Below are positions 11,400 through 23,956 of a DNA stretch of 64,000 bases, in pieces; the first letter of the stretch is position 1; each line of letters opens with the position of its first letter. A program made the position numbers and the translations under genes. Origin of the DNA: Microbotryum violaceum (Eukaryota); assembly GCA_001244265.2 (NCBI GenBank), contig CDLV01000006.1, positions 930,001 to 994,000 of the forward strand, in the 5' to 3' direction. The notes beneath the pieces are model-generated. The model made no database searches. It saw nothing but the letters and a program-made list of their open reading frames with translations, and had not been told where the DNA came from.

Positions 11400-12431
11400 G
11401 AGGAAAACGGCGACCGATCGCGAATCTATGCGGAGTTGTCTAGTCCGAAAGGACGAGTTACTAGTAGAGAAGTGCCTAGCGCGAGGCCACTTTCTTTTAT
11501 CGGGCGCGGCGAAACGGAGGAAGCTGGCAGAAGCTGGCGCGGCTCGAGCGCAGAGGTTGACTGAGAACAGCTCCAAAGAAGGGAAGCAGAGCCTAGCAGA
11601 GGGGGAAGCGCGCCGCGACGCGAAACTGCCCGCAGGAGCCGAGCGGGCAATCCGTTAGAGCGTCTCCCTCGTTAAGCCGTTGACGGTTGTTGAGTGAGTG
11701 AGGCGACTCCGAGGAGGGCGGCCAGGCATCCCAGTCCGTGTTAGTGTAGCCGACCCAGTAATTGTGAAGGGTTTTTTATTTCCGGCTCGACCACGGAGGT
11801 GTAGGTACATAAATACAGGAGCGCTGGATGCAGTGATTGCACCGCCATGCCATGGGCAAATTCCTCCGAGGGCTCGAGTCGGAGCTCGGAGCCTCGAGGC
11901 AGCTCATGGCGCGCATGGCGAGCCAACACGACGGACGCCTTGCGCGTCGATTCGATTGGCGTGAACCGTAAGAGCGGTGGGTCTATTTGAGGCTATACCG
12001 CGTCGAGTGCGTGCACGGGTTGCAATCTTCCCTTTGGCATCGCCTTCACTCATGGTTCAAGAACGTGTTACGAAACCCACCCCCCTTTATTCTCGGAATT
12101 GATTTCCGTGCCCACTAGTCCGGTCGTTCGGCTCCATTATTAGTTCTTTAATCCTTCACCGCCTCGGGCTCCCGGCTCTCGTCGCTCGGGATTTGCGCTC
12201 CGGGCAATGATCGTGAGCCCCTGGGCCCTCGAGGGCCGGGGTCCGTGACGCCTCGCGCGAGGCGCGCTCCAACGGATTGATCCCCTCGCTCGTGGAACCT
12301 GATTTAGCACACTCAGCGCAAGGCACACTCATTCCCTCCTCCCCTTCACATCTCAACAGCCTTCACGTTGTACCCTCGACCATATTACTACTCCGTCACC
12401 CCCCCCCCCCCCCCCCCCCCTGCCATCTACC

Positions 12432-13753
12432 ATGGTTCACATTCATTTCGTCGCCCTCCTGTCCCTCTCGGCCTACGTCGCCGCGTCATCCTTCGCCCCC
12501 ATCGGCTCCCACATCGAGTTGGCCGTCCACAAGGCTGCCCACGCTGACGCCCATGGCAAGAACCCCAAGGCTCATTACCACATCGCACCCGGGAAGCATC
12601 ACCGCCATCATGTCACCATGCCCAAGAAGCATCACGTTCGTTCCGAGGAGGCCGCCGTTGAGAAACTTGCCTTGACTCAGAAGGCCGTCAAGTACCACCA
12701 CCACCACTCCAACAAGACTGGGGATCATCACCACAAGTCCAATAAGGTTCACCACCACAAGAACGCAACCAAGGTTGAGCATCACCACAAAAATGCGACC
12801 AAGGTCGAACACCACCACCACAAGTCCAATAAGACCGAGATTCCCCACCACAAGAATGCGACCAAGGTCGAGCATCACCACAAAAACGCAACCAAGGTCG
12901 AACACCACCACCACAAGTCCAATAAAATCGAGGTTCACCACCACAAGAACGCAACCAAGGTCGAGCACCACCACAAGAATGCGACCAAGGTCGAGCACCA
13001 CCACAAGAATGCGACCAAGGTCGAGCACCACCACAAGAATGCGACCAAGGTCGAGCACCACCACCACAAGTCCAATAAGACCGAGGTTCCCCACCACAAG
13101 AATGCGACCAAGGTCGAGCATCACCACAAAAACGCAACCAAGGTCGAACACCACCACCACAAGTCCAATAAAATCGAGGTTCACCACCACAAGAACGCAA
13201 CCAAGGTCGAGCACCACCACAAGAATGCGACCAAGGTCGAGCACCACCACCACAAGTCCAATAAGACCGAGGTTCCCCACCACAAGAATGCGACCAAGGT
13301 CGAGCATCACCACAAAAACGCAACCAAGGTCGAACACCACCACCACAAGTCCAATAAAATTGAGGTTCACCACCACAAGAACGCAACCAAGGTCGAGCAC
13401 CACCACAAGAATGCGACCAAGGTCGAGCACCACCACAAGAATGCGACCAAGGTCGAGCACCACCACCACAAGTCCAATAAAATTGAGGTTCACCACCACA
13501 AGAACGCAACCAAGGTCGAGCACCACCACAAGAATGCGACCAAGGTCGAGCACCACCACCACAAAGAATCGACCAAAACTCACCCTCACAAGGAGACAGC
13601 CAAGCACCACCACCACAAGGCTGCTCCTCACGTTCCCGTTATGTCAGTTTTTATGCTGTTTTCCTGACCAGATCCGAGGGTTTCCGAAACTGACCCCTTT
13701 CGTCCTGACGTTTAATTTTGCACAGGGCACGCATCGTTCGCCGCGACGAGTAG
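12432..13753 (+). CDS. Secreted His/Lys-rich tandem-repeat glycoprotein
   Basis: Signal-like MVHIHFVALLSLSAYVAA; 19 KNATKVEHHH(H) units interleaved with KSNK(T/I)E(V/I)(P/H)HH. Inferred intron 13643-13725 gives C-terminus VPVMARIVRRDE*. Confidence 0.85.
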
Positions 13754-14127
13754 AAACTGAGTCCCGGCTTACCATGGACATTTTTAGACTTTCTCCTGAA
13801 GCGATGGGACTGCGCTTGTGTTGCCCGTGATGAACTTCCCTTCGTTGTTTCATCCTTCGCCGTGCTCTTCGAGAAGGCGCACCCTTGTTTCACCTTCCCT
13901 CTCCCACTTTTCGTATCCGGGGGTTTGCGCATTAAGACGTAATGTACCACCTTTTCTTTTCCTATCGTTCAAACTCGTGCCCTTGCGTGTGCACAGTCCT
14001 CCTGACCTTGTCGTGGCTGCGCAGCAATCTCCTCTTTCGATCGCTAGTACGGTCCGAATCATGGCTAAGTACAACGTCTCCTTCATCTTTGGATTTCGTT
14101 ACGATCGCCACTGTTGGGGAGTTTGTT

Positions 14128-17100
14128 TCACACGTACGCCACACCAGCAACGGCGCTCAAGAGCATCGCATCGACGTACTCGGGCAACTGCTGCTCGAAC
14201 GTTTCAAAGAACCTCATGCCAGGCTTCTGCTTCAAGCCTGCATGCCTGATCGAAGAAGGGTACATTCCCTTCGAGTCGAGGGCGCTGTAATCAATGCGTA
14301 ACTTCGCTTTGATAGCGTCCGAGCGTGAAGCATCGCCGCGTTGGCCCTTGGCACGTTGTTGTTCGCGCATGACGGCACCGAAAGTTTCTTCGTCGAGGTA
14401 GACAACGAGCGAGAGCACGAAGCGCGTCACCCCGTAGCCGGCAACGGACTTGACATGGTGCCGAATCACGCCTCGTGCGGGTGATTCAGGAAGATCTGCA
14501 CATCAAGTATTCGGCGACTTCAGCGTTTGCACTCGCGTGACAAGTTGTTTGAAAGTGGGAGCTTACCCCAGGAAACGACATCGGCATCAAAGGCGATGAC
14601 GGGCCAGATCAGGCCAGGGTGCAGCATCTCGATCTCGAGCGAACGAGTGCGAGAGATGGAGTTGAGGCTCGAACGGATAGCTTTGACTGTGAATGTCTCG
14701 GCGAAATGGGAGACGTAGCTTGCCTCGGTTGGCGGCAGGGGTACCTTGTAAGTCGTAAGGAACTGGCTCACGGGGAAGATGATGTCTGTAGTCGGCTCTC
14801 AGACGGATCAGCATATGCTCACTCTGCGACATAGCTTCCTTCGTAAACGAACCCCAATCAGTCGAGTGGTCATGAGCGCGCAACGCCTGGGGCACCTTGT
14901 TGCTGGCCGTGAGCCCCTTGGTGGCTTCGACGAGCAAATCCTGAAAGGGTGCGCCATCGACGGACGCGACATGCAAGTCGAACTGAGGTGGTGTCGTAGT
15001 CGTGTTCTCCATGTGCAGAACGAGCAGACGTTTCGGGTGCAAGCGGTCGTAGGGGGAACTCGTAGGTCGCGTGAACCAGCCCAGCGACGCAGCAGTGACG
15101 AAGGTGAGGGAGACGGCCGCGCGTGAGGCGCTTCGAGGTCCAAAACGGTGCAGGATAGGAGGTAGCTGGACAAAGTTGATATTTCTTTCGTATCAATTTA
15201 GATATTAAACAATTAGTATGAGCTCACGGGCTTACCATGGGAAGCGCCAGGAAGCCAACAGCGGCCGTAAGCGAAGCGATGATGAAATCGACAGGAGCGT
15301 CGGCCCCAAGGCGACCCGTCAACGGCACAAAAATGTCCAGGAAACCCACCAGGGTCTCAACTCCGAGGATGAGTCCAAGAACTTGCTGGAAGAAGTAGGT
15401 CGCAAGATGAACCTCCCGTTCGGGGCCCGAGGTGAGCACATAGTCGTTGACGACAAGGGCAGTCAGATTCGAGACCAAGGCCACGGCGTAGAGGTAAGAG
15501 GATCCGACACCTAGCGCATGTCCAAGGCACAAGATGACGGTACTGTAGATAAGCTGACCCATGAGTGTCGCATGCTCGAGCAGCGAGGATTCGTGCGCCT
15601 CGAGAGCTGGAGAGGCGCCGTGGGTGCGCACACGCTTGGCGATCGATCGTTGCAAGAGGCAGACGGCAAAAGCGGCAGGAGGACCAAAGAGACAGACAGC
15701 AAAGCTCTCGTTGCTGAACCTACGGATGGATGGCGCTCCGTCAATGCAATGGCTACGAGACCGAAGGTTGCCCGAGGCTTTGACTAACCAGATCATGGTC
15801 TTGCCCATCACGATCGACGTAGCCGCAGCGGCCAAGTTAGAGCCGAGGATGGCCGCCAGAAGGGAAAGTCCGACACCGGCGGTCGTCAAGACGTAAAGAC
15901 GCTTGCGTTGTCTGACGAGTCGATCCGAAACGACGATGAAGGCGAGGGTTGCCAGAACTGCGTAGATTGCGGTAGCTGAAGACGGGCAGAGTGTACATGA
16001 GTCAGTGATGTTCGAACACAAGATACTCTGCCTCTCGAACAACGCACCTTGCGCCCTCGAATACATGATGAAGAATTTGCCGCCCATGCTAGAGAAGAAT
16101 ATCGTGTCGGCCGCGCTCTTCATCTTTGGCAGCTTCTTCGCCGTCGGTGAATTGCCCAAGGCCGTTTCGTTCGAGGTCAAGTATTCCAGCAAGGCGAGCG
16201 TGTTCTCTCCCATGTGTTGCAAAGCCCCAGGTTCAATCAGCTCGGGGACATCGAGTCGAGTGTGGTAGAGGTAGGAATTTTGGACGAGAGCCATGTCTGC
16301 CATCCGAGGCTCTATCAGTCTCTACGGTCTCTCTTCGTGATTAGTCAAATCGAACGGGCCGACTCACCCAATCCAGTAAGATTGCCGTACTCGACAAATT
16401 GACGGAAGTCGGTATCGGAAAGAATTAAGCCCGTCTGAAAGATCTCGCTGGCTAGGGTGGTGCCGTAAGGTCTCGGTGTCTTGGACAGGGCCTTGATCAT
16501 TTCCTCCGAAGTCGCTTGAAAGACGATCTCGGGCCCTCCGACACCGCACGCTTCGAGGTTGATGACGGCTCGGACCGAGTCCTTGAGCGGGTGCTGCGTG
16601 ATGAACAAGTGCGAAGCGTCCTGAAACGATTCTTCTCCGCCGTTGAAGACTGCGCGCACACACACCACAATCTCATCAGCCTTTTTGCTCCTCTTGCGCA
16701 AAAGCCAAAGATCGAGGACTGACGAAAGATAACGCTGTTGCTCAACCTTCTCGGTGTCAGGGCCATGACCCTCAGCGCTTCCAACATGGCTGCGACACCA
16801 ATCAGGTCATCGGCAGCCCCCGGACTCGGCAGCGTCGAATCGGTGTGAGCGTTGACGAGCACGGCATTCTTCTTGGAGGCGGAGGTCCCATCGGAGAGCC
16901 GGACGATGACGTTGCCGACGTCAAAGTACTTTTTCCACACCTTCTTGTCCAAGAAGTCTGTACAGGACAATTGGGATCAAAGATCAGTTCCGAGCCCAGG
17001 GGCAAATTGAGACCGGGGAGTCAAGAATAGGAGAGCTATACTGGGAGCACGTGACTGAACAGCGCGGACTTACCGAACAAATGTTCCCCCGAGCCAATTC

Positions 17101-17685
17101 TAGAGGCGAAATAGAATATCACGTACCGAAAAACTCAGCACGAACGAAGGCATGCATGCCTCAGCATGTACGCCGCCGGATGCAACTCAACTGATGCCAC
17201 GTTTCAATCTGAACGGGGTGACCTTGCATCCTCGTGATGACATCGTCCCTGATACGATGCACCTCATCCAGGACCCACTGCTCGGTCTCGACCAACTCCT
17301 CCGTTCCAATGATCCTGTACCTCGGTTCTCCATCGGGGTGAGTTGCCAAGGCTCGAATGATGTCCATCCCTCTCGTCTCGCTGAACAAAGGTGTCTTGCC
17401 ATCCGCAGCAAACAACGAGGGGTTCGGTGTCGGCAAGGTGTAGTGCACACGGAGCGACAGGTAGGCCAACGAGACAAGGAACGGCAAGAGCACCGCTGCA
17501 GCGGGGAGGAAGCCCCATCGGCGGTGCTGCGACGGCACTCGCGAAGCTGACGCTCGAGCGCCAGGGGCACCGGCAACGGCGGCGACTGGCTTGGACGACG
17601 GATTGTCATCTACTTCGAAGTCGGTCGCAAGCTGGGGTCGATGCTTAAGGATTCCCTTGATACTCGGGTGTCTGTTGTTCGACAT
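14128..17685 (-). CDS. M28 family membrane metallopeptidase (ERMP1/Fxna-like)
   Basis: NAHTDS..PGAADD, FNGGEE, INLEACG, SDTDFRQF, YHTRLD zinc-site motifs followed by multiple TM helices. Confidence 0.9.
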
Positions 17686-18422
17686 GTGGCAAAGCGCAAC
17701 CGACGGTGTGGACCGGGCTTGAACGGGTTGAGCAGAGCTGTGACGGGATGACGACGGACTGACGAGTCACGACGGAGCAGGCAGGAGCGCCAAGACAGGC
17801 CAAGACGAGCTCCGCAGAGCGGCACAGACGATGTCGTCATCTTGATTTCTACAACAGTCTTCCACTCTCAGCCTTTATCCGCGCCGAGCTCCACACCATG
17901 GCGGTCAGTTCATCTCCAGTAGACCACAGTACATACAAAACCTTGCTTATCCGGTCAAGATTCATCATCGCAGGTCTCGGATAATCCACCATGTCAAGTG
18001 AGTGCAGTGCCCCCCAGGGTGAGGTCGTCGCAGCGGAGGAGTAGGTCCCCCGAGCTAAAGGTTAACTTGGTCCACGGTCCAGTCTGAAGCCTGCGCGATT
18101 CAGGACTGTCTCATGGCCAAAAACTACCAAGAAACACAGTGTCAAGATGTGATTGATCGTGCGTAACCACTAAAGCCTGAACTCGCACCTGCCCTCAGCT
18201 ATGGACACGTTCGAAACCCTTTCTCTGTGTGGACACCTTTAGGCCTCTACCAGTGTTGCGAAAAGATGATCAAGCAGAACGGCACCTCGACCGCTTGCCC
18301 CAAGCCTAGTGTCGTCGACAGGAAACTACGGGAGATCAAAGAACGGAAATGAGCATCCGATGGCCATATCCCAATTCATGATCAGCCTGTCGCATTTGCT
18401 TGATAGCGACTCGTTTCCGACA

Positions 18423-18586
18423 GGTGCCCCACATCCATGGAAGCGGCATGAACACCGACGAACGTGAAGGGAATCTCACTACCCGTAGCTTCGAGAAAAA
18501 TAACGGTGCCCCACATCCATGGAAGCGGCATGAACACCGACGAACGTGAAGGGAATCTCACTACCCGTAGCTTCGAGAAAAATAAC
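18423..18586 (+). repeat. Exact 82-bp tandem duplication
   Basis: ggtgccccacatcc...gagaaaaataac at 18423-18504 and 18505-18586. Confidence 0.95.
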
Positions 18587-18961
18587 CGGAGATGTCAACA
18601 TCTTGCTGCACAGCCTCACACAACACGAGTGCAGGTGTCGACGAGCCTCGGGATGCGCCTCAAAAATTCAAGACGTGTAGTGTAATAAATAGATTGCACA
18701 GACGATGATCTTGTCATTAGATAAACTTCAATATATAAAGAGATGAAAAGAGACATCATGCATGGTATCGAGCGGAGAGACTTATGGGAGAAAAATATAG
18801 GGTACCACTGCCACGTTCCGATTCCTTCCAGGTGTTGAGATTAACAGAGCCGCCGATTCTAGTGTTGGGGAGTCGGAATGATCTATAGGTGTATCGATGA
18901 TAGGGATATAGACGATTGAAGAAACCGCCCATCAACTTGCACTCCGGGGTACGACGAAGCG

Positions 18962-20692
18962 TTAACGACCTCCCGACAGGAGCCCCCTGACGCGAAGGAT
19001 GGTGTGGTCAAGCACCTCTTGCTTGGTCTTGAAGACGAAAAGCCCAACCAACGCGATCGAATAGCCGAGCATTTGCGTGAAGGTGACGGTCGAACCCATG
19101 AGCAGCACCGAACCACCGACCAAAAGGATGTCCTTGACGACGCCGGACAAGGTCAACACGAGTGAGCTCGCGCACCCGATCAAAAAGACAACGGCGATGT
19201 TGAGCGAGAAAGCCGTCATGGAATTGCCGAGTAAGATCGGTGCACCGACTTGAGACAAGGCGTTCTCGAAGGGAGCCCAGCCTTCGAAGAAGGGGATCAA
19301 TAGTGCGTTCAAGCCGGCGCAGACGGGAGCGAAGAAGTACAAGCTCTGCAGAGGTCCCATCTTGAGGCCGGTCAGGAGCTTTTGGATCGAGACCAGTCGC
19401 GCGGCTTCGAACATGATGCCAAGCGTCTGACAGATGAAACCGCTCAAGACGAAATCGATCTCGCCGAATGAAGCCAATGCGACACCGCTCGAGATGGCGA
19501 TGACGATCATAAATGTTCGAGGATTCATCTTTTCGAGGCCAGCGACGACCGACAGACCGAGGACGGCCACCGAGGTGAACGCCTTGAGCATTTGGATGAA
19601 GGAAACCGAGAGAGTGAGGTAGGCGAGGTTGGAGAAGATGAGTGAAGCCTATATGATCCAGTCCAAGGGGATGTATCAATGACCGGTTCCATGTGACTCT
19701 CCATAGTACGCTCGGGGCGACGTACCGAGAAGAGGACGCCGATGGGCACGATATTGCGGAACCAGCGATCCCACGACATTTGCAGCGCATCAATCCCATC
19801 GAGGAGATGTGTGAAATGAAGAAGCAATCGTGTGCCGATGGTTGCGAACACGAGATGCCAGGTGGTGAGGAAGATCGGGCTGTCAAGGTGGGAAACGAGC
19901 CAAAGAGGCAGGTACGTCAGTTTTTCCCTTTCGTCTGAGGTACAGCTAAGCCAAAACCCACTCACTAACTGTAAGATCAGATCGCGACGATGAGAGAAGC
20001 AGATGCACGTCAGGATCAGCTCGCGAACTGGGTCGGTTTGGCTGGGGGGGGGGGGCTTCGACATCGCTGAAAGCTGGCCACCCCTCTAGAGTCGACTCAC
20101 TTGAACTTGAGTGTCCTCAAGATCCACGCATTCTGAATGACTGGTACGGAGGTGAAGCTTTATGATTAGCGCCGTTACCTTGTCACCGACGAGGCGGGGC
20201 CCATCGCCGATTGAATTCGCCGCAGAGAGAGGAGGCAAGCCCAGATGAAGCTGGACGCGGAGTCCGAAGCGAGCCTTCCAACCTTAATTGCGAGTGAGGA
20301 CGAGAGGACTGTGCGACTTACTGACGCCACTCGAGAGGCAGATCCAGATCATAATAATGTAGCCTGTTAGATGACCGGAGGTACAGACGCTGTCAGTTGA
20401 GTGTTGCTGCCGGACAAGCACTGTCGGCATACATCCACGTCGATTGTGGGTAGCTTCCGCCACACCAAGGATCCCCTCGCGCGCTTTCGACACCGACAAG
20501 ATGTCATTACACCCGCCGAGAACACCTACCTGGCCAAATCTTGGTCGGTTCAGTCTTGCTGACAACATGCTGAGGCGGGGCCTGCATCGACAGCTTGGAT
20601 TCGGACATGCCGGTGTCCATCATCGACTTTGACGACATGGGGTCCTGGTGCTCGATGAACATGGGCAGCTTGATCTCCGTTTGTGACGACAT
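18962..20692 (-). CDS. Triose-phosphate/nucleotide-sugar transporter (TPT/DMT family)
   Basis: PIFLTTWHLVFATIGT, IVPIGVLFS, LSVSFIQMLKAFTSVAV, FEAARLVSIQ, LYFFAPVC, LTLSGVVKDILL; ~10 TM segments. Confidence 0.88.
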
Positions 20693-21754
20693 GGTGTGCG
20701 CTCCGGTGGTGTAGTAGCTAAGCTCCGGTGGTGTAGAAGCTAAGCTGCTCTTATGTAGGACTAGGGCTCGATTCGATGAACACGAGAGGGTGTGAAGGAG
20801 GAGCCGCGGTGACACCGGCGGTCCGATCGAGATGAGCTGCGGAAGGGAGAGGTACTTTTAGTCTTGCGAGCGACGAGGCTGGCTGAGACAAGCGGCGTCG
20901 AAGTGCTTGTTTGAAACGCGGGTAAAAACAGGGTCGAGAGCGAACGAAGTGGTAGAACGCAAAAAAAAAGAGGGAGGAGTGAGAATATACTCCCGTGGGT
21001 GGAATGAGTGAAGATTACCCGCAAAGCTCGAGCTCCCCAGATCCAAGACAGCCCCAATTGCGCCGCTCTGGCCGCGACCGCACATGACGCACCCGGCCGT
21101 GGCTGAAAGCGCTAAAAGAGGAAGGTATGGCGGGCTGGCTTGCCCGAGTTTTGTCTCATGAGGCCGCCGGTCGGGATCGAGACTAGAGGCCCAGAGCTGG
21201 GTCCGAGTGAGCTTTATGAGTTGCACCATTTTTTACATCGGTGGATTCAGCGCTTCACGCGCCGCTTAGGTCTGGCAGCAAAGTCAACTTGCAGACAGCC
21301 CCTGACGGCGGCCGCCGCGCTTCACACGCCGATCAGACTCCGACGTTCCGACCCTTAAGGATGGCAGACAATGCGAGAACGTTGTTTCTAATTGACAGAA
21401 GACCTATTTGGAAAGGTAACGGGTGAATGTGAAACAAAGAATGAGAAACTATGCGACCGAGTTAAAAGCTTAAATCGACAAAAGAGAAAGGCAAAGGCAT
21501 TTCAGCGTGAGCAGAAATGAGGGGGTAAGAAAAGAGAAAAAGATTGCGATTCTGCAATCGAATCGCGTAGAGGAAACGAGAAGGGGCAAGGTGGAATGTG
21601 CAATGTCCATGTGATTTAGAGTCCAAAAACAACGTAAGCGGGAATGAGCGACGAGTCGCAAGTTGTAAGAGCAGGGTAGGGATATGGCCGCGAGCCATGA
21701 AAGCTGGGACCGGGCTTGCCAAGGCAAGCACCGCGCAGTTTCAAAGACGGACGT

Positions 21755-23956
21755 TTATGCCGCAGGCTTGCTTTGCAGTACTTGTCGAGAAGCAGGTTGC
21801 GCCTGAGAGGCAGCTGGTCCGCCAGGGTGCTTCTTGACGAGCTTGCCACCGACGGGCCGGGGTTGTCCACCAAAGCCAGGGATCTCGGATTCACCCTCGC
21901 CTTCCAAGAGCTCGGCCACGACCTCGCCGAACATCTTGCTCGGCAGCTCGACGACAAAGTGGAACAGAACAGAGAGAATGACCGTGACGATGAAGAGGAC
22001 GAGCCACGACACGCCGAGGACCGAAGACGCGCTCGAGCCGTTGTTGTGCATGTTCAAGGCGAGGTCGGGGACGATCGTATACGTGATTGCGGGCGCGAGG
22101 AGGTACATACCCGCACTGGCCTTGCCAAAGGTACGCATGACCATGTTGCCAAGGATGTTCTGGGCGAGCCCGGAGGTTTCGATAGCGAAGAGCCAGCATG
22201 TCGCAAAGACGGTGTCGCAGAACGTCAACTCGGGGTGGTTCTGGACGTTGATCGTCGCCATACCCTTGTTGATGTTGTCGCGCAGGATGGGAACGAATTG
22301 CGTCACGCAGGCGATGGCAATCAAGGTCACGTGGAGCGCCAAGCGGCCGGTCGTCGACCACTTGGTGCGGATGCGGTGCAAGTGACCGTGGGCGTGCATA
22401 TCGGCAAAGACGAGACCGATGATCGCGATCTGCAGCGAGCATGTTCGCAGGTGAGCGTCATCATTCACATGCGCAATCGTGAGTTCACATTCAAGCTCAC
22501 TGCAAAGTAGTTGAACGTCGTCCAGGAGAACAGGCCGAGCAAAGCGTAAATCCAGTAGCGGTTCGACGACAGGTTGCCAAGCATCATGTGCGTAACGTAT
22601 ACGGCGTACGAGGACTGGAAGAACCAGGGCGAAGTGAACAAGTTAGCGCCGAAGGTCTTCCCGGCGAGAGTGTTGGACTCGTAAGTCGTGAACTGCATGT
22701 CGTGGATGTGTGAAACGTTAGCGATCAAAAGCTATCGATCTGAGAGGGCGGACTCAAGTGTGGTCTGGAACGCACCAAGTTGAAGACGAGCGTCGCGTAA
22801 CCGGCGAAGCTTCCGACCAGTCCCCAGTAAGGCTCGTCCATGCCGACCTTGTTGCAGTTGTGTGTTCGCCCACTCGACGAAAGACCCCACTGCAGCGCGA
22901 CGATCGAGCAGACGGGGAGAATGAACCGGAATGGGCGGATCATCATCGCACGCGTCAGACGGGCCCACGAGATGAGGGCACCCTTGGACTTGGAACCAGA
23001 CGAAGGGGAGGGTACGTCCCACAACGGTGTAACGAGGGATCGGCCCGACAAGAGCAGGAGAAACGTGATACCGAGGCCGGTCGAGCTGTTCAGACGGGGG
23101 AAGCGCAGGGGTGCGGGGAGCGTCAGCGAAAGAGCTTTATTGCTGGAAGGCAATAAACTCACCGAGTGATGTAGAGAGGACTGTTGCGCTGGATGAAGGC
23201 GTAGTCGTGCGATGAGATGGTCGCGGAAAAGAAGGTGCCGTTGAGGACGATCCACGCGGCGATGAACTTGATGCCGTCTAGGTAGCCCAGGCGCGGCAGC
23301 TTGATGTGACGCTCGTCCTTGCCGCTGTCGGCGAGGGTCGCACCGGACCAAGCACGGTACAGAGCTGTCAAACCGGTGGCTTTGAGCGGGCCACGACGGT
23401 AAGGAGCAGGGCTGGCGTGGGGTTGCACTGCGGACGCGGGGCCTTGACCGCGCGTGTGGCCCGCGGTCGAAGGGGCGATGTATTCACCCAGCGAGTCGGC
23501 GGCGCCGAGACGCATCTTCTCCTCGGAGGGGGTCATGGACCCTGCGAGCGTCGGTGTCGAATCCATGTACATGGCGTTGGAGAGCGGGTGCGCGCTCTGG
23601 CCGCCCTGCGCACCGCCGCTGTTCTGGTAGCCGTACGGCGAGAAGCGGGTCGACGGACTGTTGGACCCGGGCGTGGTCGCGTAAGGTGGCCTCGACGACG
23701 GACCGAGCGGGGATGGGTTCGGGGGCAGTTGCTGCTGCGACTGGTAGCGCGGCAGCGAGGGCGTGGACCCACTCGAGTTCGCATAAGGGGAGTAGCCAGG
23801 GTGGGTGCCATGGCTGCCGTTGACGAGGTCCTCGCCCGAGTGCATCGACGAATTGGCGGACGACGAGCGGAACGGGCGCGGCACGGCCATGTTGGGGTCG
23901 TCGTGGTTCTGGGTCGCGTACGGCGATTGGCCGTAGGGCATTTGAGAATAGCTCAT
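21755..23956 (-). CDS. Multi-pass membrane protein, acyltransferase-3 (OafA-like) family candidate
   Basis: RLGYLDGIKFIAAWIV, FLLLLSG, RPFRFILP, and C-terminal FHFVVELPS resemble AT3 hallmarks; disordered Ser/Pro N-terminus. Confidence 0.6.

Noticed and set aside
12486..13830. Long alternative-frame and antisense ORFs over the His-rich gene, including a Cys-rich CGG repeat frame
   Set aside because: Stop-free shadows of the tandem repeat; only the 12432 frame has an ATG, a signal peptide and synonymous third-position variation.
9419..17685. His-rich repeat protein as a KEP/dikaritin RiPP precursor clustered with the M28 peptidase and Mrp ATPase
   Set aside because: No Kex2 KR sites between repeats and no DUF3328/UstYa gene; the neighbours are ordinary housekeeping genes.
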